The notes under the pieces: generated by a model
Database searches by the model: none
Seen by the model: the letters and a program-made list of their open reading frames with translations, nothing else
Told to the model about the DNA's origin: nothing
Part shown: in pieces, positions 19,292 to 28,287 of the stretch
Position numbering within the stretch: position 1 is the first letter of the stretch
Layout: each line of letters opens with the position of its first letter
Made by a program: the position numbers and the translations under genes
Source: an uncultured Gammaproteobacteria bacterium
GTDB lineage: Bacteria; Patescibacteriota; Patescibacteriia; CAYZDG01
Reading direction: 5' to 3'
Length of the DNA stretch: 64,000 nucleotides
NCBI GenBank assembly: GCA_964536515.1
Contig: CAZHXI010000004.1
Coordinates: 5,038-69,037 of the forward strand

Positions 19292-22141
19292 ATGGGGCCT
19301 TCTTCCTACTTTCGGCAACCCCCCCGCGGGCGCAGCAGCTGGCGTGCGACGCCACGCCTGGGGCGGGTTACCCTCGGCGGCCGCCCCGCGACCACGTGGG
19401 GTGGCGCCCGCGCCCCGCGGGCGCCGGGCCGCTTCCGGCTCGGCCGACTGCTGCGCTGGGCAGGCTACGCCGCCGCGTGCGGGATCGTCGCCTTCGCCGG
19501 CATGGTGCTGTGGTACTCACGCGGACTGCCCGACCCCAACCGCCTCATAGACCGAACCGTTGCCCAGACAACCAAGCTCTACGACCGTACCGGCGAGAAC
19601 ATCCTGTACGAAATCCACGGCGCCGAGAAGCGCAGCGTGGTGCCGCTAGCCTCGATCCCCGCCGTAGTCCAGCAGGCGACCCTGGTAGCCGAGGATCGCG
19701 CCTTCTACCAGCACGGCGGCATCAGCATCCGCGGCATCGCCCGCGCCGCCCTTTCGCACGCCACCGGCATCGGCAAGGGCGGCGGGGGCAGCACCCTAAC
19801 CCAGCAGCTGGTAAAGAACGCCATCCTCACGAACGAGGTTAGCGTCTCGCGCAAGCTGCGGGAGCTCGTTCTCGCCTGGCGCATCGAGAAACGCTTCACC
19901 AAAGATGAGATTCTCCAGATGTACCTGAACGAGGTTCCCTACGGGGGGACGAGCTACGGCATCCAGTCGGCCGCTCGCTCCTACTTCGGCAAGGACGTGA
20001 GCCAGCTCTCCCTCGCCGAGGCTGCCACGCTCGCCGCCATAACGAATGCTCCGACCGCCATGAGCCCCTACACCACGCGCGGCCTGGAGCGCCTTACGGC
20101 GCGTACCGCCTACGTGCTCCAGGGCATGGTGGACGAGGGCTACATCAGCGAGGACCAGGCTAGCGCAGCTCGCGCCGAGAAGCTCTCCTTCGTGGCCCGG
20201 CGCGACGCCATAACCGCCCCACACTTCTCGATGTGGGTTTACCAGCAGCTGACCGAGCGCTACGGGGCACGCCTGGTTGAGGAGGGCGGCCTCAGGGTCA
20301 TCACGACGCTCGACCTCGATTTGCAGTCCGCAGCGGAGTCGGCCGTCGCTAGCCGCACCGCCCAGAACGCCTCGAAGTACAACGCCAAGAACGCGGCGCT
20401 GGTGGCGCTAGACGTACCCACCGGGCAGGTCAGGGCCATGGTCGGCTCCGCTGACTTCTTCGACGAGGAGATCGACGGCCAGGTGAACGTCGCCACCTCG
20501 CCCCGGCAGCCCGGCAGCAGCTTCAAGCCCATAGTCTACGCGGCCGCCTTCGCCCTGGGGTACTCTCCGCAGACGGTGCTGTTCGACCTCGAGACCGACT
20601 TCCCCACGGACCAGGGTCCCTACCACCCGAGGAACTACGACCTCAAGGAGCACGGGCCGGTAACCATGCGCCAGGCTCTCGCCGGCTCCCTCAATATCCC
20701 CGCGGTCAAAACTATCTACCTGGTGGGCGTCGATGGGGTCCTAGGCCTCGCCCGCTCCCTGGGCTACACGTCCCTCGGGGACAGGTCACGGTTCGGCCTC
20801 TCCCTAGTTCTGGGCGGGGGCGAAGTCTCGCTGCTGGAGCACGTGGCAGCCTACTCATCCTTCGCCCGGGGCGGCTCGTACGTTCCCTACAGCTCGGTGC
20901 TCAAGGTCGAGTCCAGCGACGGCAGGGTGCTCGAGGAGTGGGAGCAGCCCCGCGGGGAGAAGGCGCTCGAGGCCGACGTGGCCGCGGCGCTCACCGACGT
21001 CCTCTCGGACAACGAGGCTCGCTCCTTTGTGTTCGGCGCTGCCAACAGCCTAACCCTGCCAGACCGCCCCGTGGCGGCCAAAACCGGCACCACGAACGAC
21101 TACCACGACGCGTGGACCGTCGGATACACGCCACAGATTGCCGCCGGCGTCTGGGTGGGCAACAGCAGCAACGAGGCAATGTCACGGGGCGCCGACGGCT
21201 CTGTCGTCGCCGCGCCCATTTGGCAACGGTTCATGGTGGCCGCCCACCGTGCCCTCCCGGTCCAAGGCTTCGCGCCAATGCCCGCATCGTTCAACTACAG
21301 CCAGAAGCCAATGCTGAACGGGCGGTGGGAGGGGGTAGAGACCAGGGCGTTCGACTCTCGCACCGGCGCCCCGGCTACGCCCGCGACGCCGCCGGAATTT
21401 GTGGTGGAACGCTCCTACCGCCAGGTTCACTCCATCCTCCACTGGGTAAGCCGAGAGAACCCCCTGGGCGCTGCACCCGGCGACCCATCGACAGACCCCG
21501 CGTACGGCCCCTGGGAGGCTCCTGTGGCGAGGTGGCGTGAGGGGAGGGGCATCACGAACGAGGTTCCTCCATCTCAGGGTGGCGGCGGCGATGCCGGTGT
21601 TTCAGTTTCGATTATCGAGCCGCAGCCAGGGTCCACAGTGGGCGGTGGGGTTCTCTCCGTTTCAGCCGCCTCTGACTCCGGGGCCAGCGACTGGCGATTC
21701 AGCGTCGATGGAACTCCCGTGGCCCGCTCATCGCTGGGGTCCGCGACCATCTCCCTCCCCCCGTCCATACGCCCAGGCAGCCACGTCTTGACTGCCACCG
21801 CCGTTACGCCCGGCGGGCGCGCCGGCAGCGCCTCGGTCTCCTTTTCGGTGGAGGGGGGCGGCCCCGCGCTGAACGCCACGGTCCCCGCCAATTCATCCGT
21901 TGGAAGCTCGGTCACCATGGCCTTCGAGAGCCCCGAGGAGCTACAGCAGGTAGACGTATACGTGCAGCCCCCCGTCGGCTCCCCCCGCTGGGTTGGGGTG
22001 GCTAGCCGTGGCGGCGACGGCCGCTGGTCGCTGACGTGGACCGGCCCCACGGTGCCGGGGACGTACGTAGTCAGCGCCACCGTAACCAGCCCCGGCGGGG
22101 CGAGCGGATCCGGCGGCGCATGGATTACCCAGGCTTCGTAG
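19292..22141 (+). CDS. Penicillin-binding protein 1A (bifunctional transglycosylase/transpeptidase) with a C-terminal Ig-like/FN3-like extension
   Basis: GT51 motifs (EDRAFYQHGGIS), TP motifs SxxK (SSFKP) and KTG (KTGTT), an N-terminal TM anchor, and about 250 aa of extra C-terminal beta-rich repeats. Confidence 0.9.
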   Translation: MGPSSYFRQPPRGRSSWRATPRLGRVTLGGRPATTWGGARAPRAPGRFRLGRLLRWAGYAAACGIVAFAGMVLWYSRGLPDPNRLIDRTVAQTTKLYDRTGENILYEIHGAEKRSVVPLASIPAVVQQATLVAEDRAFYQHGGISIRGIARAALSHATGIGKGGGGSTLTQQLVKNAILTNEVSVSRKLRELVLAWRIEKRFTKDEILQMYLNEVPYGGTSYGIQSAARSYFGKDVSQLSLAEAATLAAITNAPTAMSPYTTRGLERLTARTAYVLQGMVDEGYISEDQASAARAEKLSFVARRDAITAPHFSMWVYQQLTERYGARLVEEGGLRVITTLDLDLQSAAESAVASRTAQNASKYNAKNAALVALDVPTGQVRAMVGSADFFDEEIDGQVNVATSPRQPGSSFKPIVYAAAFALGYSPQTVLFDLETDFPTDQGPYHPRNYDLKEHGPVTMRQALAGSLNIPAVKTIYLVGVDGVLGLARSLGYTSLGDRSRFGLSLVLGGGEVSLLEHVAAYSSFARGGSYVPYSSVLKVESSDGRVLEEWEQPRGEKALEADVAAALTDVLSDNEARSFVFGAANSLTLPDRPVAAKTGTTNDYHDAWTVGYTPQIAAGVWVGNSSNEAMSRGADGSVVAAPIWQRFMVAAHRALPVQGFAPMPASFNYSQKPMLNGRWEGVETRAFDSRTGAPATPATPPEFVVERSYRQVHSILHWVSRENPLGAAPGDPSTDPAYGPWEAPVARWREGRGITNEVPPSQGGGGDAGVSVSIIEPQPGSTVGGGVLSVSAASDSGASDWRFSVDGTPVARSSLGSATISLPPSIRPGSHVLTATAVTPGGRAGSASVSFSVEGGGPALNATVPANSSVGSSVTMAFESPEELQQVDVYVQPPVGSPRWVGVASRGGDGRWSLTWTGPTVPGTYVVSATVTSPGGASGSGGAWITQAS

Positions 22142-22142
22142 C

Positions 22143-23237
22143 CTAGGGCTGAATTGGCATCACCACGTAGCGGTAAGAGGTCTGACCCTCAGCCTGCAGG
22201 AGGGCCGGGGTGAGCTCTCCGGTCAGAGAGAGCGTAACAGAGGGGGCTCCTATAGCTGCAATCCCCTCGAGGATGTACCGGTAGTTGAAGAGAGCTCCGC
22301 ACGGCTGCCCCTCGGCCTTCACCTCGGCGCTGCCGTGGTGCTCTCCGACCGAGGCGTTGCTAGCTCCCACGGTAATCGTGGCTCCGTCTACCGAGACGCG
22401 AACGTCGTTGACGCCGGGCTTACAGAATAGGCTAGCCTGCTTCACGAGTCGCGTGAGCGTAGCGCTCTCCACCGTGCACCTCGCCACGTGCGTTGTGGGG
22501 ATAATCGGTTGGTAGCTCGGGTACTGACCCTCGACGAGCCTCGAGACCACCGACACGTCGCTCCCCGTGAATGAAACCTGCCCCTCTCCGAACCGAGCAG
22601 AGACGTCTCCCCCGCCCCCGAAGCAACGAACGACCTCCTGGAGCGTACGCCACGGGATAATCTTCTCTCCGGCACGAGCTGGTCCATCCAGGGAAACGAC
22701 GCTCTCCGCGAGGCGGTAGCTGTCGGTGCTCGCGAGCACAGCTCTCCCCTCCTGAATACTCAGCAGCACGCCGTTTATCTCCGGCCTCGTCTCGTCGTTC
22801 GAAACCGCGAAGAGTACCTGGCTCAGGCTCCTCCGCAGGGCATCAGCATTGACCGTCATCGACGGCTCCCCCTGCACCTCTGGTATAACCGGGTAGTCGC
22901 CTGCGGGTAGGGCCTGGAGGGATGTCTGCACCGAGTCGGCAGCAATGGAAACCGTATCGCCGGAGAGCTCCAGGGAAACCGTTCCATCGGGGGGCAGTAG
23001 GTTAACGTACTCGGCGAGGATCCTAGCGTTAATGGTCGTGGACCCCTCGGCGTCAACCTTTCCCCGGATGGTGGACTGGACGGCCAGCTCAAGGTTCGTG
23101 GCGCTGAGCACCAGCGCACCAGCCTCGGCTCGCACCAGGACGTTGCTCAGTATGGGCAGCGATCCGCCGCGCCCCGCGACGTGGCTAACGAACCCTACGC
23201 TCCTCATTAGGTTGGCTGCCTTGCAAGTTACTTTCAT
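22143..23237 (-). CDS. dnaN: DNA polymerase III beta sliding clamp
   Basis: Full-length similarity to DnaN. It lies immediately downstream of dnaA. Confidence 0.9.
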   Translation of the reverse strand: MKVTCKAANLMRSVGFVSHVAGRGGSLPILSNVLVRAEAGALVLSATNLELAVQSTIRGKVDAEGSTTINARILAEYVNLLPPDGTVSLELSGDTVSIAADSVQTSLQALPAGDYPVIPEVQGEPSMTVNADALRRSLSQVLFAVSNDETRPEINGVLLSIQEGRAVLASTDSYRLAESVVSLDGPARAGEKIIPWRTLQEVVRCFGGGGDVSARFGEGQVSFTGSDVSVVSRLVEGQYPSYQPIIPTTHVARCTVESATLTRLVKQASLFCKPGVNDVRVSVDGATITVGASNASVGEHHGSAEVKAEGQPCGALFNYRYILEGIAAIGAPSVTLSLTGELTPALLQAEGQTSYRYVVMPIQP

Positions 23238-23482
23238 ACGTTTACTTATTAGTAGCTGTAGTAATAGGGGTTGTGGATTCAGGGGAAAAACGGGAGAGGG
23301 ATCTGCGGGGAGGCTTAGGTTAGCAAGAAAAGGGGCGTTCGCTTTCCGTCTGTTCGGTGTGAAAGGTGGTTGAAGGAAGGGGTGGGGTTCCGGGGAAAGC
23401 TGTGCCTAACTAGAAGCATAAAATTATCACCCCCACTTATCACTCCCTTCCCCACCGCTTACCAGCAGCGATAGCAACAGGG
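23238..23482. promoter_or_regulatory. dnaA-dnaN intergenic region with degenerate DnaA-box-like 9-mers (candidate oriC segment)
   Basis: An AT-richer 245-nt spacer. TGTGGATTC matches 7/9 of the TGTGGATAA complement. Two direct TTATCAC(C/T)C copies sit 13 bp apart. Confidence 0.4.
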
Positions 23483-24868
23483 TTATGAACCCCCCAGGGC
23501 GAGACGAATCTGCTCTACGTCGCCACGCATCTTTCCGCCTCGCTCAACCTCTTTACGCACCTTTCCGCAGGCGTGCATTGCCGTGGTGTGGTCTCGCCCA
23601 CCGAGCTCGTGCCCTATGCTGGGGAAGGAGCTAGAGCAGTCCTCGCGTAGTAGGTACATGGCAATCTGGCGGGGCACAACCAGCTCCTTGCGACGGCTTG
23701 CCCCCAGCAGGTTCTCGAGGGAGACGTCGAAGTACTTGGCAACCGCCGCGATGACCCTCTTCGGGGTAAGGCCTCCCCCCAGCGCCCCGTCTCCCTGTAG
23801 CGCGGCTATAAGGGAACGGGCCACATCAACATTGGGAACCACCTTGTTCAGCTGGTAGTAAGCGTGAAGCTTAGTGAGGGCTCCCTCCAGCTCTCTCACA
23901 TTGTTCGTTACCGCCTCAGCAATGAAGTTCACCACGTCCGGGGGGAGGGGAAAGCCCCGGTCCTGGGTCTGCCGTTGAACGATTGCAACCCTGGTTTCTA
24001 GGTCCGGACGGCCGACGTCAGCGATCATTCCCCACTCAAAGCGGCTAACGAGCCTAGCCTCAATGACGCTGATCGATTTTGGTGGTCGGTCTGAGGTTAG
24101 TATGATTTGCTTGTTTGACTGATGGAGCGCATTGAAGGTGTGAAAGAACTCCTCTTGCGTTTGTTCTTTGTTCGCTAAAAATTGAATATCATCGACTAGA
24201 AGAAGGTCTACGTCGCGGTACTCCCTTTTAAATTGATCACCCTTTCCCTCACGAATAGACTGAACAAAGTTGTTCGTAAATTGTTCACATGTAGTAAAAA
24301 GTACCTTGATATCTGGTGACTTCTGTAATACCTCGTTACCAATTGCCTGGATAAGGTGGGTTTTTCCAAGGCCAACCCCACCGTACAAGAATAGGGGGTT
24401 ATAGGTTTTTCCTAGACCCGCCGCAACTGCCTTGCACGCTGCGTAGGCAAGTTCGGTACTCTTGCCAACTATGAATCGATCAAAGGTGTACTTTGGGTTT
24501 AGGCCACCTTTGTTCAGTATTTGGGGAGGGCTATAGGGCGCTACCGCCGGCTCGGGGACGCGATGGGCGCGCTGCTCCTCCGAGGCGCCGCTTACAGGCA
24601 GTGTGCGCTGCGGAGACGCGGTCGAGGAGACCCTGTATTGAACCGATGTAACCTGCTGGTTCGTTAGCCGCTGCAGGGCGGTCATTATGTACCCGTGGTA
24701 CTTGTTCTCGAGCCAGGCCTTGGTAAAAGCGTTCGGGACCGTAACAACAATGACCCCCTCTGCGTACGAGTCTATGGCGGTACTACGGAACCAAGTTGTA
24801 AAATTAGCTTTACTTACAAGTAATTCAAGCTCTCCCAGCACGGCTTGCCACAGTTCTTGGTTTGTCAT
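23483..24868 (-). CDS. dnaA: Chromosomal replication initiator DnaA
   Basis: AAA+ Walker A (GGVGLGKTHL), sensor motifs, and the C-terminal DnaA-box binding domain. The central ATPase part is conspicuously AT-rich. Confidence 0.95.
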   Translation of the reverse strand: MTNQELWQAVLGELELLVSKANFTTWFRSTAIDSYAEGVIVVTVPNAFTKAWLENKYHGYIMTALQRLTNQQVTSVQYRVSSTASPQRTLPVSGASEEQRAHRVPEPAVAPYSPPQILNKGGLNPKYTFDRFIVGKSTELAYAACKAVAAGLGKTYNPLFLYGGVGLGKTHLIQAIGNEVLQKSPDIKVLFTTCEQFTNNFVQSIREGKGDQFKREYRDVDLLLVDDIQFLANKEQTQEEFFHTFNALHQSNKQIILTSDRPPKSISVIEARLVSRFEWGMIADVGRPDLETRVAIVQRQTQDRGFPLPPDVVNFIAEAVTNNVRELEGALTKLHAYYQLNKVVPNVDVARSLIAALQGDGALGGGLTPKRVIAAVAKYFDVSLENLLGASRRKELVVPRQIAMYLLREDCSSSFPSIGHELGGRDHTTAMHACGKVRKEVERGGKMRGDVEQIRLALGGS

Positions 24869-25015
24869 ATTCCGAAAAGCATAGGCTCAATCCTACCGTA
24901 ATTACCGAAACGGCACCATTAATAATTAAGGGATATCTTGTTCATATACTGTGGACTAACAAAATCTTGTATTCGTGTTGTATTATTTCGCCTGCCGTAC
25001 TAGAGTTATTTAACT
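24869..25015. promoter_or_regulatory. dnaA/rpmH divergent intergenic region: AT-rich candidate DUE/oriC and promoters
   Basis: A 147-nt AT-rich spacer. TGTGGACTAA is a DnaA-box-like element. A candidate TTGTAT-17-TAGAGT promoter ends 10 nt before the rpmH ATG. Confidence 0.4.
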
Positions 25016-25165
25016 ATGCCCAAGCGAACATACCAACCAAAGAAGCGCCGCCGAGCTAAGCGCCACGGGTTCATGGCTCGAATGTCGTCCCCGACGGGGC
25101 GAGCTGTACTAGCTCGTCGTAGGACCAAGGGCCGAAAGAAGCTGTCGGTAGCAAAGAAGAAGTAA
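25016..25165 (+). CDS. rpmH: 50S ribosomal protein L34
   Basis: 49-aa [48 protein letters not shown], matching the L34 consensus. It is below the ORF-track size cut-off. Confidence 0.9.
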   Translation: MPKRTYQPKKRRRAKRHGFMARMSSPTGRAVLARRRTKGRKKLSVAKKK

Positions 25166-25166
25166 G

Positions 25167-25499
25167 GTGTTCAAGAGGTTGAATCGTCTGACCTCAACCA
25201 GAGAAATTTGGTCTATTCAGAGGAGTAGGCCATTTTTTTCGACGCACCTAGTGTTGAAGGCTGCCCAAGGAAGGGGCCCTACTTGGAGGTGTGCGGTAGT
25301 AATTTCAACCAAGATCTCTAAGCGAGCCATTGTGAGGAATCGAATGAAGAGGGCGATACGGGAAGTGGTGGGGAGCCTCCTTAAGGACAGCGCCGCAAAG
25401 GTAGACTTCATAATCTCAGTAAAGAGGGTGGTTCCGAAGGAGTTTTCACCTTACCGAGAAGAGATCACTTTTTTGCTCAACAGAGCTAGGATTATATGA
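25167..25499 (+). CDS. rnpA: Ribonuclease P protein component
   Basis: RnpA-like basic protein with KRAIVRNRMKRAIRE, in the conserved rpmH-rnpA order. Confidence 0.85.
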   Translation: MFKRLNRLTSTREIWSIQRSRPFFSTHLVLKAAQGRGPTWRCAVVISTKISKRAIVRNRMKRAIREVVGSLLKDSAAKVDFIISVKRVVPKEFSPYREEITFLLNRARII

Positions 25500-25723
25500 T
25501 TAGGAGGCTATTTATAGCAGCAATAAGGCTCTATCAAGCCACTTTGTCACCGGACCACGGAATCCTTAGAAAGAAGCATGGATTCTGTAGGTTTTACCCA
25601 ACTTGCTCACAGTATGCAGTCGAGGCAATTGAGAAGTACGGGGTTCTCCGAGGAACAACACGGGCAGCACTTAGGGTTGCTAGGTGTAACCCTTTCACTA
25701 AGCCAGGGATTGATACAGTTTAG
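25496..25723 (+). CDS. yidD: Membrane protein insertion efficiency factor YidD
   Basis: YidD family with a conserved Cys quartet (CRFYPTCSQY...RCNP). The start overlaps the rnpA stop (ATGA). Confidence 0.9.
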   Translation: MIRRLFIAAIRLYQATLSPDHGILRKKHGFCRFYPTCSQYAVEAIEKYGVLRGTTRAALRVARCNPFTKPGIDTV

Positions 25724-25725
25724 CT

Positions 25726-26451
25726 ATGATCGCAATCTTCCACGCCGTATTCTACCAGCCGCTATATAACCTACTCCTCTTTACCTACGGAAATTTTCCA
25801 ATTAGGGACTTCGGCATCGCGGTAATTCTGGTAACCATCGTAGTAAAGCTAATTCTGTACCCATTCTCACTGAAGTCCATTAAGGCTCAGCGTTCAATGC
25901 TGGAGCTGCAGCCAAAGATTAATCAGATAAAGGAGCGGTACAAGAATGACAAGCAGGCTCAAGCTCAGCAGCTCATGGCGCTGTACAAGGACCACAAGGT
26001 TAATCCGTTCTCATCCTGCTTACCCCTTCTAATACAGCTCCCTTTCCTATTTGCCCTGTACCGCGTATTCATGAGTGGCCTCCAGAATAGCGGAGTTTCA
26101 GACCTGTACTCATTTGTGGTGAATCCTGGGACTATCAATAGCGTCTCTCTCGGCATGATAGATCTCGCTAAGCCATCGTATGCCTTAGCTATACTCGCCG
26201 GCGCAGCTCAGTTTATGCAGGCGAAGTATATACAGGTGCAGCAGCCTAAGCCTGCAGATGGCGGCGCTGCAGATGAGTCAATGATGGCCAGCGTGAATAA
26301 GCAAATGCTATACATGATGCCAATCATGACCGTGATCATCGGCTTCCAGCTCCCCGGCGGACTGGCGCTGTACTGGCTAGTGACCACCGTGCTCACGCAG
26401 CTACAGCAGTGGATTACCCTGCGGAAGAAAACAGAGGCTGTCGCTAGTTAA
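25726..26451 (+). CDS. yidC: Membrane protein insertase YidC, short form (about 240 aa, Oxa1/SpoIIIJ-like)
   Basis: A 60KD_IMP core of 5 TM helices in the conserved position after yidD. It lacks the large periplasmic domain of diderm YidC. Confidence 0.85.
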   Translation: MIAIFHAVFYQPLYNLLLFTYGNFPIRDFGIAVILVTIVVKLILYPFSLKSIKAQRSMLELQPKINQIKERYKNDKQAQAQQLMALYKDHKVNPFSSCLPLLIQLPFLFALYRVFMSGLQNSGVSDLYSFVVNPGTINSVSLGMIDLAKPSYALAILAGAAQFMQAKYIQVQQPKPADGGAADESMMASVNKQMLYMMPIMTVIIGFQLPGGLALYWLVTTVLTQLQQWITLRKKTEAVAS

Positions 26452-26473
26452 TTGGCTTAATAAAGCCAATTAA
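26448..26473. terminator. Perfect 11-bp palindromic hairpin (TTAATTGGCTT-AATA-AAGCCAATTAA) embedding the stop codons of both convergent genes
   Basis: Read directly from the sequence. The yidC TAA and the minus-strand TAA of the lipid-kinase gene both lie inside the stem. Confidence 0.5.
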
Positions 26474-27216
26474 CTAAAGAGGCGATCTGCGCCAACTATT
26501 ACCCTCAGCGCGCCGTGCAGCACAGAGATTTTTCCTGGGGTCTTCTGGGTTACCACGCCATCTAGAAGCAGGCTTCCCCCGCTGTCACCAGATGCTGTTA
26601 CCGTCGCCGACTGAATAGAGAGGTGGGTTACCTGTCCGCGTCCACGCGGGGGCGTAACGGTTAGGTTAAGGCGGCCATCGGTTGGGTCGAATAGGGGGCT
26701 ACCCTTCGGCAGGCTCGAGAAGCCAATGTTACTTATGCTCAAGCTGCTCCCCCGGCTGCACTCCAGGCTGAAGCCCTTGAGCGCAACGGTGCACGACTCG
26801 GGCTCCGAGACCGTTACGCCATCTATGAAGTAGCTGTTGTTAACCTGCCCAACATCGATCGCCTTAACTATTCGTGCAGATAGAACCTCAACCGCCCCGT
26901 CTTGCGGGGGGATTCCCAGAATCCTCGCCAGCGAGCTGCTGGAGTCCGTTGGTATGAAGCCTATGGCTACTCCGCTGCCGATGCAGGCGGAGATGGCGCT
27001 GCTCAGCGTGGCGTCTGAGCCGACTGCGACTATGGTCTGCACCCCCTGGGTTACAGCCTCGGCGACAATCTCACGTAGGTTCTTGAGGGGGGTAAGGCGG
27101 ACGGTTCGCCCCTTAATTCCCAGCTCTAGAATTCGCGTCTCGAGGCGCGATACCACCTTATGGAAGCGCGGGTGACCGAGCTCCTGGTCGTAGATGTACA
27201 GGTAGGCGCTGCTCAT
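26470..27216 (-). CDS. Diacylglycerol kinase catalytic-domain protein (YegS/BmrU-like lipid kinase)
   Basis: A DAGK_cat glycine-rich motif variant (IVAVGSDATL) and a GFIPTDSSS...LG loop. Confidence 0.6.
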   Translation of the reverse strand: MSSAYLYIYDQELGHPRFHKVVSRLETRILELGIKGRTVRLTPLKNLREIVAEAVTQGVQTIVAVGSDATLSSAISACIGSGVAIGFIPTDSSSSLARILGIPPQDGAVEVLSARIVKAIDVGQVNNSYFIDGVTVSEPESCTVALKGFSLECSRGSSLSISNIGFSSLPKGSPLFDPTDGRLNLTVTPPRGRGQVTHLSIQSATVTASGDSGGSLLLDGVVTQKTPGKISVLHGALRVIVGADRLFS

Positions 27217-27242
27217 GGCCGATGGCCAGTCGCACCGACGGC

Positions 27243-27662
27243 CTACCTATCCTCCTCGGCTTCCGGAGCCCCCGGGGCTGCCGGCGTCTGCCGCTTGCCC
27301 CTCTGGGTAGATCCGTTCCGCATCGAGAGCTTTCCGTTCAGGGTCGCACCAGCCTCAACCGAAATAGATGCGCAGCTGACGTCCCCAGCAATGCTAGCTG
27401 TGCTGGCTATCTCTAGCACCCCGGCAACGGTTACATCGCCGGTGACCTTGCCCGCAACGAATGCGTTGGCGGCAGAAACCTCCGCGGTAATCTCGGCCTG
27501 CGGCCCGACCCGTAGGTTTCCGTTGGTCCTTAGGTTACCCTGAACAGTTCCCTCGACGACGATGTCGCCCTCGCCGGCAAAGTCACCCTCAACCTTGACC
27601 GAGGGGCCGATAACTGTCTCTACTGTGTCGGAGGACTGGAGCGATTGTTTCTTACCGAACAT
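27243..27662 (-). CDS. Bactofilin (polymer-forming cytoskeletal protein, DUF583)
   Basis: Repetitive beta-helical pattern (GDIVVEGTVQGNL..GNLRVG...VSAANAFVAGKVTGDV) and a Pro-rich tail. Confidence 0.8.
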   Translation of the reverse strand: MFGKKQSLQSSDTVETVIGPSVKVEGDFAGEGDIVVEGTVQGNLRTNGNLRVGPQAEITAEVSAANAFVAGKVTGDVTVAGVLEIASTASIAGDVSCASISVEAGATLNGKLSMRNGSTQRGKRQTPAAPGAPEAEEDR

Positions 27663-27698
27663 AAGTCTATAGTGTTAATCTTTAAGTGAACTGTAGAG

Positions 27699-27926
27699 AT
27701 GAATAATGCGGCGGGTCAAGGTGCCGCGGACATACCTACAGCTAAGCGAATGAAAGCTATGGGAATACACCAGAATGCAGACGTTGGGGTAGACCACGGG
27801 GTACTCCGGCGGGACCTCCGGGCCATTGCGCTGCTGTCCGTTTTGCTGTTCGGGGCCATCTTCGCCCTCTCGGCGATCGAGGCTAGGACGGGGATTCTCG
27901 CGGCGTTGGCCAGCCGCGGCGCGTAG
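27699..27926 (+). CDS. Hypothetical small protein with one TM helix
   Basis: A 75-aa ORF in the 274-nt gap upstream of the tRNA cluster. No SD, and AT-rich upstream. Confidence 0.25.
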   Translation: MNNAAGQGAADIPTAKRMKAMGIHQNADVGVDHGVLRRDLRAIALLSVLLFGAIFALSAIEARTGILAALASRGA

Positions 27927-27936
27927 GTTACACCGG

Positions 27937-28011
27937 GCCCCTGTAGTTCAACGGATAGAACAGATCCGTCCTAAGGATACGATGGGGGTTCGATTCCCTC
28001 CGGGGGCACCA
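27937..28011 (+). tRNA. tRNA-Arg (anticodon CCT), encoded CCA
   Basis: Acceptor GCCCCTG/CGGGGGC, anticodon loop GTCCTAA, T-loop TTCGATT. Confidence 0.75.
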
Positions 28012-28025
28012 CCTTACAACCACAC

Positions 28026-28101
28026 GGGCCTGTAGCTCATCTGGTAGAGCGCGGCATTCGCATTGCCGAGGTATGGGGTTCGAGTCCCCACAGGTCCACC
28101 A
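28026..28101 (+). tRNA. tRNA-Ala (anticodon CGC), G3:U70, encoded CCA
   Basis: Acceptor GGGCCTG/CAGGTCC carrying the G3:U70 identity pair, anticodon loop TTCGCAT, T-loop TTCGAGT. Confidence 0.8.
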
Positions 28102-28142
28102 CAGATTTGACTTCCCGTTCCAGCCGTATAGTCTAGGCGTAC

Positions 28143-28218
<76 letters not shown>

Positions 28219-28287
28219 CCCACCCCGTAGGCAGCGGGGGGAGCTAGCTTTGCCTCAATGTTCGGGAGACGGTAGAGTTCATCCACT

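Noticed and set aside
22945-23373. 142-aa plus-strand ORF across the dnaN 5' end and the dnaA-dnaN intergenic region
   Set aside because: It overlaps the dnaN start and the putative origin spacer and has no SD, so it is a spurious frame.
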